Virus record (IMG/VR): IMGVR_UViG_3300005805_000102
Span: 1 to 57,701 of that record
Direction: 5' to 3' (one strand)
Origin: a virus
Lineage: Duplodnaviria; Caudoviricetes
DNA: 57,701 nt
A model generated the notes under the pieces. That model did not search any database and was not told the origin of the DNA. It worked only from the letters and a program-made list of their open reading frames with translations. Of this stretch, positions 44,202 to 53,277 are shown piece after piece (position 1 is the first letter of the stretch; each line of letters opens with the position of its first letter). The position numbers were made by a program, and so were the translations under genes.

Positions 44202-47200
44202 ATGACCAAAATAGACTTGACCGCAGCACCATACTTCGATGATTACGATGAGAAGAAAAAGTTCTATAAGATTCTTTTTCGTCCTGGTAGATCAGTTCAA
44301 GCAAGAGAACTTACTCAAATACAAAGCACAATTCAGAAGCAAGTCTCTCGCCTAGGTAAGCATTGGTTTGAAAAAAATGCACTTGTTTTTCCCAGAACAT
44401 CTTTTGGTTGTAAGTATGATACAAGCTCATTTTTTATAAAAGTGGCTCCTGAAGCCACAGCAAACACACACTCAGAGGCTGCGATAATCTCTCGATGGCT
44501 TAATAAAAAAATAACTGTGACATCTGCTCCATCAGGTGTTGAGGGTACAGTAATAGGATATCACATCGACGGAGATATTTCTAGCCCAACTGGAGGTGGG
44601 CAACTAAGATTTTTTGTGTCTCTAACTAAGGCATCACCCGAAAGAAACACATTTCAAAGAAATGATGAGATATCTGTAAACTACACCGATACGATATCTG
44701 GAGCTACAACTAATAGCGTAAATATAGCAAAAATAGTAAACGAATCAAATGCAGTGGGTAGGATTTGTTCGGTTGAGATTCCTGAGAGCATATATTTCTA
44801 TAATGAGTATTTTGTATTGGTCGACACACAATACTTCTTTATAGCTCCTGATGATACTAGCAAAAATGAGAACTGGAATATTCCTCCTAGTTGCGAGATT
44901 GGAATTGAAATGCGCGAGTCTATCACAACTTTTGAAGATGACCTTTCCCTATTAGACAATGCAAATGGATCATCAAACTTCTCCGCGCCGGGTGCTGACA
45001 GATTAAAAATTGAAGGTGTTCTGACAAAGAAGTCCTTTGGTTCTACGGATCAAAACTTTATAAAACTGCTTGCCTTAAAAGATGGAATCATCACAGAGGC
45101 ACCTCAACTAGAAAAGGATCCTTATGCAGATCCTTTCAAATCATACTTGGCCACAAGAACTAAAGAAGAGTCGGGCGACTACACAGTTTCTCCTTTTATA
45201 GCCAAGACAAAAGAACTTTTGACAAGCGATCCCACAGGCTTATATAGAGAAGAAGAGTTGTCTTTTGTAAATTATCCAGATGACCTATCAAAAGATCTTG
45301 ACTCTAAGAAAAAGGCAGGAAATCTGTCCGTCAATCTTTTTAATGTTCCTTTACATCCCACAGACAAAACTCCTCAGATATTTAAAAAGACGTTCTCTGA
45401 TGGAAAGCCAGATCGTTATTATCCAGGAACTTCATACGACAATCTTGCCGAGCCAACATCTTTTAAAAATCTTTGCTCAAATAGAATTGGAGTTGTTGTT
45501 GAGCCTGGTGTTGCGTATGTTCAGGGATACAGATATTCTTTACTAGGTGAAACACGAGTTTCAGTAGAAAGATCTAGAACCTCAGACATTATTTTTAATG
45601 CTCGTGTGCAAGCACCCATAGGAAACTTTTTGTATGTAACTAGCATTTTTGGTTTTCCTCCTATATCGGGCAGCCAGGCTACAGACTATTACAAAAAAGT
45701 AGATCTATACTCAACCTTAATAGAAAATCCGTTGCTGACACCTGACACCAAAAACAAAGTGGGCACCGCACGGATTTTTGCATTTGATTTTTTTTCGGGT
45801 GCGGTTGGTACAACAAATGCAGTTTATAAACTTGGTGTATTCGACATAGAGTTGCTTGATGGTAAAAAGGCATCGGATATAAGATCTATTCACACAACTG
45901 GAGGTGCCGTGGGCACTTTTAGTGCAAATCTCTCAATGGTTGATGTGTCCATCACACCTTCCCTTCAGTTTAAAGGACTCATAAATTTTGTTGAGCCGAC
46001 AGAAATCCAAGAAAATGCCGATGCGACAAATTATGCGATAACGTATGATGCTTCCGGAAAAGTAAAGTTGCAGGCAAAAACTAATGCTAATAGCGCAGCC
46101 CTGAAAGGCTATTACGATACTGGAGTATTCAATGTAGGCACTGTGATTTCGATAAGAACACAGTCTGCTGCTCAAAAGATCAATGATACACATACAGACA
46201 CAACTCGCATAGTAACAGCAACATCTTTTACCGCGGCTACTTCTGGCGCCACACCAAGTGAAGCGTATATTGAATTAAGTATAGACTCTTCTCTGACAAA
46301 TAACGACGACCCTATTTTAGTAAAAACTTCTCATAAAGTTAGGGGCACTGGAACTTCTTGGAGAAGTGCTGCTGGGGAGAGCCTAAAGAAAGGAGATCAA
46401 GTAGCAATAGGATCTGGAAGTAACACAACAATATACACAGTGTTTTCAGATCCGATGAATGACAATGAGCTTAATTTAACACCAGATCCTCAAGTAGCTA
46501 CGAACAGCCCTTGGAAATCAGAGAATGGCTCTGTAATGCAGTACCTAGTTGCAGAAACTCTTCAAGAAGTCAACGTAGGAAATGCCGGCTTAGTGTTTAA
46601 ACTACCCCACAATACACTAAGGACTATAAGAGCCGGCACAAAAAATGCACCCGACAATGACATACCTTCATTAACATTCACATCTAGACGAGTGTGGACT
46701 GAACAACAACCACAAATTAGTGGTGGGGTAAATTCATTTTCAATCAGCTCAGGAACATCTGAAACATTCTTACAAGGAACATATGGATATTATGTTTCCG
46801 ACAGTACAGGAAAAAGCTACAATCTAAATGTTGGTGCCAGAGAAACACCACCATCTTCACCCAACACCATAATTTTGGTACAAAATTCTACTGTAGTAGA
46901 GTTTGTATTGCCATATAGCGAAAGTTCGACCACAACATTTAATGTATGTGCACCCGTCGAGAGAAACATCGGTCCATCATACCAGACTACGGCAAAAGAG
47001 AAAACAAAAGTTCTTAAGACTGATGGACATAAGAGTGCTGCTGCCGGTGAGTATAATAATATATCTTTGGGTAAGGCTGACGTATTTCGAATTATAAAAA
47101 TAACAGATTCAGGATCTACGACCAAGGCGGCGCAGAAAGAGGACAAAGACATCTCTGGTAGCTACATATTAGATGATGGTCAAAGAGACTATTACTACGG

Positions 47201-50200
47201 AATAGCTTCAATAAAACTCAGACCAGGAAGTAGCAAGCCGACAGGAAGGATAGGAATTTGGTTTGAATACTTTGACCACCAAGGAGCAGGAGAATACTTC
47301 AGTATAGATTCTTATCCTTGGGAGGGTGGACCCTTAGCAGGCAACTTACGATACGACGAAATACCCACATACATATCATCAAAATATGGAGAATTTGATC
47401 TTAGAGGTTGTCTAGATTTTAGACCAAGATTACATGATGCTGGTGTAAATTTCTCTGCATATAGCGAGTCACCTTTAGACTCCATTTCTCTAACATATCA
47501 TGTATACGAGTCGAGAAAAGACAAGCTATATATCGACACTCTAGGCAACATAAAGGTCAAAAAAGGATCTCCTGGAATTATTAGTCAACCACCTGAAGAT
47601 CCACTAGATGGCATGGTTCTGTACGACCTGCATTTATCTCCATACACCCCAACTCACAAATCATGCACAATGATGATTAGAGATAATCGTCGATACACGA
47701 TGAAAGACATTGGAAAGCTCGAAGATCGAATTAAGACGCTTGAGTATTACACATCTCTATCTCTTCTAGAGACTGACACTAAAGATCTTGTAATAAAAGA
47801 TGCCTTAGGACAAGACAAATTCAAGCACGGCTTCATGACAGACAATTTTGAAAATGCATCCAAGTCAGATTTGGACGATCCAGATTTTAGTGCGGCACTG
47901 GAGACTATGAGGCGGGAGTTGAGACCAAAGATCGCGGAGAGCTTCATACCCTTAAAGGAAGTGGCAACTAATAATTCAGAACGCAAAATAAAAAAATACA
48001 CAAAAACAGACACTATATTTACATTACCATATACACACGAGCCATACCTAGAGCAGTCACTTTGTAGTAGAGTAATAAACGTAAATCCATATCAGTCACA
48101 GAGCTTTATTGGCGGAATCAACATATCTCCATGGACAGATACGTGGAGAGAGACTGAGATTGCAGACCCTCTTGTTGTGCAGGACGACACGGCATATAAA
48201 GCTGCCGCAGCAAGTTATGATAAGAATGGAGAAAGCATTTTGTGGCTAGGCACTAGACAAGAATGGACAGGATTGGATACAAAAAATAGACAAAAGGCTG
48301 ATGTTGTCAATATAGCCAGTCATGCTTGGCCAGCAAACAAAGGGGAGTATCTAGATGAAAAGGGAAATCTAATTAACGGAACTGGTGTTCCTAGAAATGA
48401 CCAGTTGGTCATGGTGCCTCTGGGCAAAGGATATAAAAATGAAGGCAAGATGGTAAAATACAGGGAGAGCAGCGCAGAAGGTCAAGTTTGGAACACAACC
48501 ACTACGACAATGACAGGCTCTAAGTGGGAAGAAGGAATCAAGAGCAAACTAATCGATGCGGGATTTAGCAACCCAATTAGTATGGGCTCTAGAATTAAAG
48601 ATGTTCGATCTTCAAATTTTATAAGATCTAGTACAATAAAATTTGAGGGGTATGGTTTCAGGCCAGGCAGCAGGTTGTATGCGTTTTTTGACGGCAAGAA
48701 CGTAACTAGATACTGTCATCCAGACTCAAACTCAGGGGGCAGAACAGAAAATAAGGACAACATACAAGCAGGTCCTTTTACAGACAACACGAACTTAAGA
48801 ATCAAATTTGGCACATCCTCTATAGAATTTTCTGGTAATCATCAAACAACATCGAAATATGATTCTCTAGGCGTCACTTCAGGTGGGGGTTATGTTAATA
48901 GCTTGGGCAACATCGCATGGAGAGATGCTAATGCTGGCTCGGCCCTTCACCAAGTTCCGCCTGTTGATGATAATTCAATTCTTCAGGGCGATGGCGTTGT
49001 AGTATATAGAAAGGCGAGCGCCGGCTCAAACCCAATTTATTCATATTATCTAAAGGGGCTTAACACAAAATTTAAGCAAGATCTGAAAAGATATTCTGTA
49101 GTGTCAATAAACATGATGTTTACGGCAGGAACCGGTGCTACTCCACAACATTTAGAAGTACAACTATCAGAAAGTCCAACGAAAGATGATGAAGTTGAAA
49201 TATATAAACCACCTTTTTGTGTAGAAGAGACTGTTGTAACCGCCCCCACCTACAATACTTACTATAAGGCATTTGATAAAACAGAATATCTAGAAAGATT
49301 GTATGTAGGTAAATTTGTTGATATTAAAAATTCATCCGACGCAACACACAACATAATCGATAAAAGAATAGATAGCATCTCATATACACCAAAATTTGGA
49401 GTAGCAGATCAGCAGGGCGCCTCTCCAGCAGTGACAGACTATGAAAAACAAACACCATCTACTCTAAAATTTGTCTTTTCTGGTTTAAACATGGTGCCAA
49501 CCGCATCAGCAGAATTCGGAAATAACTTGACCCTAACAATAAAAAAATCGGCAACCTCTACAGCGCCTGGTGATGCCACATCTCTAACCTGCGATTCGAC
49601 AGGAACCGTCAAGGGTAATTTCATAATTCCCGATCCCAAGACTCCAGGTAACCCACAATTCAATACTGGTGATCGTTATTTCAGATTAACTTCTTCTGAA
49701 AATAATGAAAACACTCCAGACGTTACTAGGGCTGACGCGAGATATTCTGCAACTGGTTGGATTGATGTGACACAAGAGACATTACACCAGACAAAACAAT
49801 TTACTGTAACACAAGAGACAATACAAACAGAAAAAGAGAAGATTAAACTCACCGATCAGTTTAGAAGTCTTGCTCAAGTAATTCCCATGGACCCTATAGC
49901 ACAGAGCTTTTTTGTTCCGGAAGAAGAAGGAATTTTTATAACAGCAGTTGATATATTTTTCTACTCCAAAGATCCTTCTCTACCCATAAGATTTCAAATA
50001 CGACCCTTAGATGACGGTGGAAATCCAAGTGTGAATTTGATATATGAGAAGTTCATTCCATCAAACGAAGTTGTTGTTAATAAGGTAGACTTAGCAACAC
50101 AACGTATAAAGGTGCTTGGTGCTACATCACCCAACGCGATAGCAGGCTTTAACAAACCACCTTGGAATCAGGAAATACCAAATGATGGTGAAAAGTCTGA

Positions 50201-52412
50201 TATCATGAAGGTATACTCAAAGAATGTAAGAGACGGCAAAGCTCCAATATGGCCCGGTGACGAGGAGGCTGCCCAAAATTCTGGAAATTGGTTCTCATAC
50301 TCTGTTGTTGATGGTGCGCCAGATCCTTCAGGTGATATGATTCCAACAAGAGTCGTATTTGACTACCCCATATACTTACAGGGAAACAATAAGTATTATT
50401 CTTTTGTGCTATTGACAGACTCGGTGCAAGGACCCGGCCCCGTTGCTGAGGCACTTGAGAGCACATATCAGGTATACATAGCTCAGGCTGGCGTTAATGA
50501 GGCTGGCACAAACGAAACTGCAAGTCCTGTGCATCTTATAAAACCACTTGAGCCCGATCAAAAAGATCAAAATTACATTCTTGGCACTCAAACACAGATG
50601 TCCAATCTGGGTTCCAGAACAGGAGTGTTCTTCAAGTCTATCGATGGAGTAAGTTGGGAGTCCGATCAAGAAGCAGACATAAAATACACCATACACAAAG
50701 CAAATTTTGACACCAATTTCAATGGTGAGATAGCCATTTCTAACGATGTTATTCCTCAACAGATATTAAATCTAGATCCATTTCAGACAAAAGCCGGCTC
50801 ATCAAAAATACGAGTCACGCACAGGAATCATAACATACCCGCAGGAGGGCGAGTGCGTTTTACTGGAATAGACGAGAGTGCCAATCTGAACGGAATGCCA
50901 TATCATATACTAGCAAACACGGTTCATGTAATTTCAAATCCATCTTTAGACAGTTACATAATTGACTTAGTTGACCATGAAGCAACAACAACTGGATTTA
51001 TGGGAGGCGGAACGGTTAGAGCTTCGAACAATTATAGGTTTGAAGAGTTCTTGTTGAATGTCAACCCAACAATTCTTCCAGATACAGACATAACCTGGAG
51101 AATTGGTGCGACCACATCACAAACACCTTATGATCCATCAGCATCGCCCTACAAAAAAATACAAGAATTCAATTTCACACCAAACACAGATGTTACCATG
51201 CCCCTTTCTGCTCAAGTTTACTCACCCGAATCTGAGGCCGAAGACTTTCCGGGCGGCGCCACTTTTCGACAGAAAAACGATAAATCTCTTACGATATATG
51301 CAACTCTTAGTAGCAAAAAATCGAATGTCTCTCCAATATTAAATCTCGATAGACTAAGCATGATTGGAAAGTCTGTTAGATTGGACGACCCGTATGGAAA
51401 AGGCACTACAAACAACATAAACGACAATACATTTGATGAATATGTGTGTTTGCCCAACAGTGAGGTGATTGATCCGTCATCTAAAATATACTTTACAGAC
51501 ACAAACAACACTCTCACTGGATCAAAATTCGTTAGTTCTGGCAATACAATTACAGGTGTTGGCAGCTTGTTTTCTATGGAGCTTAATGTTGGTGATATTG
51601 TAAAACATCCTGCAACACTTGAGCAGGCCAAGGTTGTCGAGGTAGTTAGCAACACACAAATTCTCGTTGACGCCGATATATCACTGAAAGGCACAGACGG
51701 ACTTGGAGAATCATCTCTAATATACAATCCCCCATACTTAAAGATTAAAACTGCCGACGGTTTTTGTGCAAAGCATCTTTCGAATCTCGATGTCGGTAAA
51801 TTTTTGACTGTTACTGGTACTACAAACAGAGATTTTTCTGAGCAAAAAATACTAAGTGTGAAATACACTCCAAACGCAACGCAAGGTGATCCTCAATTAT
51901 CCAATCTTCCTTGTTTGTGTGAGGTGGTCGTTGAGCACTTTTTCGCTAGTGACGTTCAGAGTGGTTTTGAAAGTTCCTCAACCCTTAAGATATCTCAACT
52001 AGAAAAATTTATAGATGAGGTTGCCCCAACAGGTGGCTCGGTTAGCGCAAAGTATATATCAAGAACTATGCGACTTCAGAATTCAGCAAACTGCTTAAAA
52101 GTTATGTTTGATGGGTGTAGACCCGAATTTTCAAACATTGATCTATACTACAGAACAGCAGCTCAAACCGATTCGGAAAAAATAGGGTTCAAGAATTGGA
52201 ATAAGTTAGAATACAGTATCGAAAAAAATGGCACGTTAGAATATGTGGTTCCCGAAACAAATGCGAGTCATAGTTCATTTAGTGCATATGAGGCAAACGC
52301 GCTTCAAATAACACCATTCACATTGGCACAAGTTAAGATTATTATGCGTGGTGGTAAAGCAAGCCTGTATCCAAAGATCAAAAACTTGAGAATAATAGCC
52401 CTAGAGGAGTAG
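44202..52412 (+). CDS. Large virion structural protein, DUF4815/VrlC-like
   Basis: PYFDDYD..KFYKILFRPGRSVQARELTQIQS, APGADRLKI, DDGQRDYYY, RRYTMKDIGKLEDRI..LEYYTSLSLLE, DPIAQSF, PKIKNLRIIAL; TAAATA at 44186-44191. Confidence 0.85.
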   Translation: MTKIDLTAAPYFDDYDEKKKFYKILFRPGRSVQARELTQIQSTIQKQVSRLGKHWFEKNALVFPRTSFGCKYDTSSFFIKVAPEATANTHSEAAIISRWLNKKITVTSAPSGVEGTVIGYHIDGDISSPTGGGQLRFFVSLTKASPERNTFQRNDEISVNYTDTISGATTNSVNIAKIVNESNAVGRICSVEIPESIYFYNEYFVLVDTQYFFIAPDDTSKNENWNIPPSCEIGIEMRESITTFEDDLSLLDNANGSSNFSAPGADRLKIEGVLTKKSFGSTDQNFIKLLALKDGIITEAPQLEKDPYADPFKSYLATRTKEESGDYTVSPFIAKTKELLTSDPTGLYREEELSFVNYPDDLSKDLDSKKKAGNLSVNLFNVPLHPTDKTPQIFKKTFSDGKPDRYYPGTSYDNLAEPTSFKNLCSNRIGVVVEPGVAYVQGYRYSLLGETRVSVERSRTSDIIFNARVQAPIGNFLYVTSIFGFPPISGSQATDYYKKVDLYSTLIENPLLTPDTKNKVGTARIFAFDFFSGAVGTTNAVYKLGVFDIELLDGKKASDIRSIHTTGGAVGTFSANLSMVDVSITPSLQFKGLINFVEPTEIQENADATNYAITYDASGKVKLQAKTNANSAALKGYYDTGVFNVGTVISIRTQSAAQKINDTHTDTTRIVTATSFTAATSGATPSEAYIELSIDSSLTNNDDPILVKTSHKVRGTGTSWRSAAGESLKKGDQVAIGSGSNTTIYTVFSDPMNDNELNLTPDPQVATNSPWKSENGSVMQYLVAETLQEVNVGNAGLVFKLPHNTLRTIRAGTKNAPDNDIPSLTFTSRRVWTEQQPQISGGVNSFSISSGTSETFLQGTYGYYVSDSTGKSYNLNVGARETPPSSPNTIILVQNSTVVEFVLPYSESSTTTFNVCAPVERNIGPSYQTTAKEKTKVLKTDGHKSAAAGEYNNISLGKADVFRIIKITDSGSTTKAAQKEDKDISGSYILDDGQRDYYYGIASIKLRPGSSKPTGRIGIWFEYFDHQGAGEYFSIDSYPWEGGPLAGNLRYDEIPTYISSKYGEFDLRGCLDFRPRLHDAGVNFSAYSESPLDSISLTYHVYESRKDKLYIDTLGNIKVKKGSPGIISQPPEDPLDGMVLYDLHLSPYTPTHKSCTMMIRDNRRYTMKDIGKLEDRIKTLEYYTSLSLLETDTKDLVIKDALGQDKFKHGFMTDNFENASKSDLDDPDFSAALETMRRELRPKIAESFIPLKEVATNNSERKIKKYTKTDTIFTLPYTHEPYLEQSLCSRVINVNPYQSQSFIGGINISPWTDTWRETEIADPLVVQDDTAYKAAAASYDKNGESILWLGTRQEWTGLDTKNRQKADVVNIASHAWPANKGEYLDEKGNLINGTGVPRNDQLVMVPLGKGYKNEGKMVKYRESSAEGQVWNTTTTTMTGSKWEEGIKSKLIDAGFSNPISMGSRIKDVRSSNFIRSSTIKFEGYGFRPGSRLYAFFDGKNVTRYCHPDSNSGGRTENKDNIQAGPFTDNTNLRIKFGTSSIEFSGNHQTTSKYDSLGVTSGGGYVNSLGNIAWRDANAGSALHQVPPVDDNSILQGDGVVVYRKASAGSNPIYSYYLKGLNTKFKQDLKRYSVVSINMMFTAGTGATPQHLEVQLSESPTKDDEVEIYKPPFCVEETVVTAPTYNTYYKAFDKTEYLERLYVGKFVDIKNSSDATHNIIDKRIDSISYTPKFGVADQQGASPAVTDYEKQTPSTLKFVFSGLNMVPTASAEFGNNLTLTIKKSATSTAPGDATSLTCDSTGTVKGNFIIPDPKTPGNPQFNTGDRYFRLTSSENNENTPDVTRADARYSATGWIDVTQETLHQTKQFTVTQETIQTEKEKIKLTDQFRSLAQVIPMDPIAQSFFVPEEEGIFITAVDIFFYSKDPSLPIRFQIRPLDDGGNPSVNLIYEKFIPSNEVVVNKVDLATQRIKVLGATSPNAIAGFNKPPWNQEIPNDGEKSDIMKVYSKNVRDGKAPIWPGDEEAAQNSGNWFSYSVVDGAPDPSGDMIPTRVVFDYPIYLQGNNKYYSFVLLTDSVQGPGPVAEALESTYQVYIAQAGVNEAGTNETASPVHLIKPLEPDQKDQNYILGTQTQMSNLGSRTGVFFKSIDGVSWESDQEADIKYTIHKANFDTNFNGEIAISNDVIPQQILNLDPFQTKAGSSKIRVTHRNHNIPAGGRVRFTGIDESANLNGMPYHILANTVHVISNPSLDSYIIDLVDHEATTTGFMGGGTVRASNNYRFEEFLLNVNPTILPDTDITWRIGATTSQTPYDPSASPYKKIQEFNFTPNTDVTMPLSAQVYSPESEAEDFPGGATFRQKNDKSLTIYATLSSKKSNVSPILNLDRLSMIGKSVRLDDPYGKGTTNNINDNTFDEYVCLPNSEVIDPSSKIYFTDTNNTLTGSKFVSSGNTITGVGSLFSMELNVGDIVKHPATLEQAKVVEVVSNTQILVDADISLKGTDGLGESSLIYNPPYLKIKTADGFCAKHLSNLDVGKFLTVTGTTNRDFSEQKILSVKYTPNATQGDPQLSNLPCLCEVVVEHFFASDVQSGFESSSTLKISQLEKFIDEVAPTGGSVSAKYISRTMRLQNSANCLKVMFDGCRPEFSNIDLYYRTAAQTDSEKIGFKNWNKLEYSIEKNGTLEYVVPETNASHSSFSAYEANALQITPFTLAQVKIIMRGGKASLYPKIKNLRIIALEE

Positions 52413-52414
52413 TT

Positions 52415-52651
52415 ATGAATCCAAAGTTACTCAAGGTCAAAGATGAAAAGGGTCTTTATAGAGATGCGGAGACGCAGACTATCTTAAATTTGGATGACAC
52501 ATCTTACATTCGACACAAGCAATCCAAAGAGTTTGCAAAAAGAAAACACGAAGAGGAAAGACGAAAGGAAGCTAGACTAAATAATTTGGAGAAAGATGTA
52601 CAATCTCTCAAAGATGGTATCCAGAAGATATTGGAGCTTTTGAACAAATGA
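52415..52651 (+). CDS. Conserved small T4-like protein
   Basis: KV....LYRD..T..ILN.D...Y, then a coiled coil; usual position after VrlC-like genes. Confidence 0.7.
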   Translation: MNPKLLKVKDEKGLYRDAETQTILNLDDTSYIRHKQSKEFAKRKHEEERRKEARLNNLEKDVQSLKDGIQKILELLNK

Positions 52652-52893
52652 CTGATAGACCTTTTAAGAGTGTTGGCGAAAAGACTGTTCAACCATATCA
52701 CAACTTTGAAACATGGAGACTAATTACCAACGAGATATCTATTGACGTTGGGGACTTAAACGATCTATCTCAGGATATCAAAAATTCTCTTCCAAGCTCA
52801 AAAAGAGATCTGGCAAACGCAATCAAAAACACATACGACACGACACAAGTCAGGCTGCGACATGTTTTAATAAAGGCGATAGGAATGAGTTGA
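52648..52893 (+). CDS. Small virion/fibre-associated protein
   Basis: NFETWRLITNEI..VGDL..L..DLANAI motif. Confidence 0.55.
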   Translation: MTDRPFKSVGEKTVQPYHNFETWRLITNEISIDVGDLNDLSQDIKNSLPSSKRDLANAIKNTYDTTQVRLRHVLIKAIGMS

Positions 52894-52894
52894 T

Positions 52895-53263
52895 ATGTCA
52901 AATCTAGGTGGAGAATTCAAAAATGCTCTGAAGTCTCAGGTTGGAACAACTTGGGAAACAATATACACCGCACCAGACGCTTCGGTGGCCCGACCTAATG
53001 GAGCGACATCGTATATTATAGAGCTTGATATTGCGAGCACGGGAAATACTGGTGTGCAGGTTTCTGTGCAAATACATGACAGCTCCGGAAATGTTGATGT
53101 GTATCTGATTAAAAATGCCCCAGTTCCACAAGGCGCTTCTCTCAAAGTTGTTGATGGTCAAAAGATAGTTCTTGAGCCAGGCGACTCTGTTAAAGTTAAA
53201 TGCGAAACGCAAGAAGAAACCGTTGACGTTGTGGCTTCTCTCGTAGAAGGCGTAAATTTGTAG
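52895..53263 (+). CDS. Conserved virion structural protein
   Basis: FKNA..IYTAP..YLIKNAPVP.GASL.VV.GQKIVLE.GD. Confidence 0.7.
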   Translation: MSNLGGEFKNALKSQVGTTWETIYTAPDASVARPNGATSYIIELDIASTGNTGVQVSVQIHDSSGNVDVYLIKNAPVPQGASLKVVDGQKIVLEPGDSVKVKCETQEETVDVVASLVEGVNL

Positions 53264-53277
53264 AGAATTGAAAAACT

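Noticed and set aside
44202-52412. Intein or intron in the 2736-aa gene
   Set aside because: No splice-junction or LAGLIDADG motifs were recognised; large size is normal for DUF4815-like proteins
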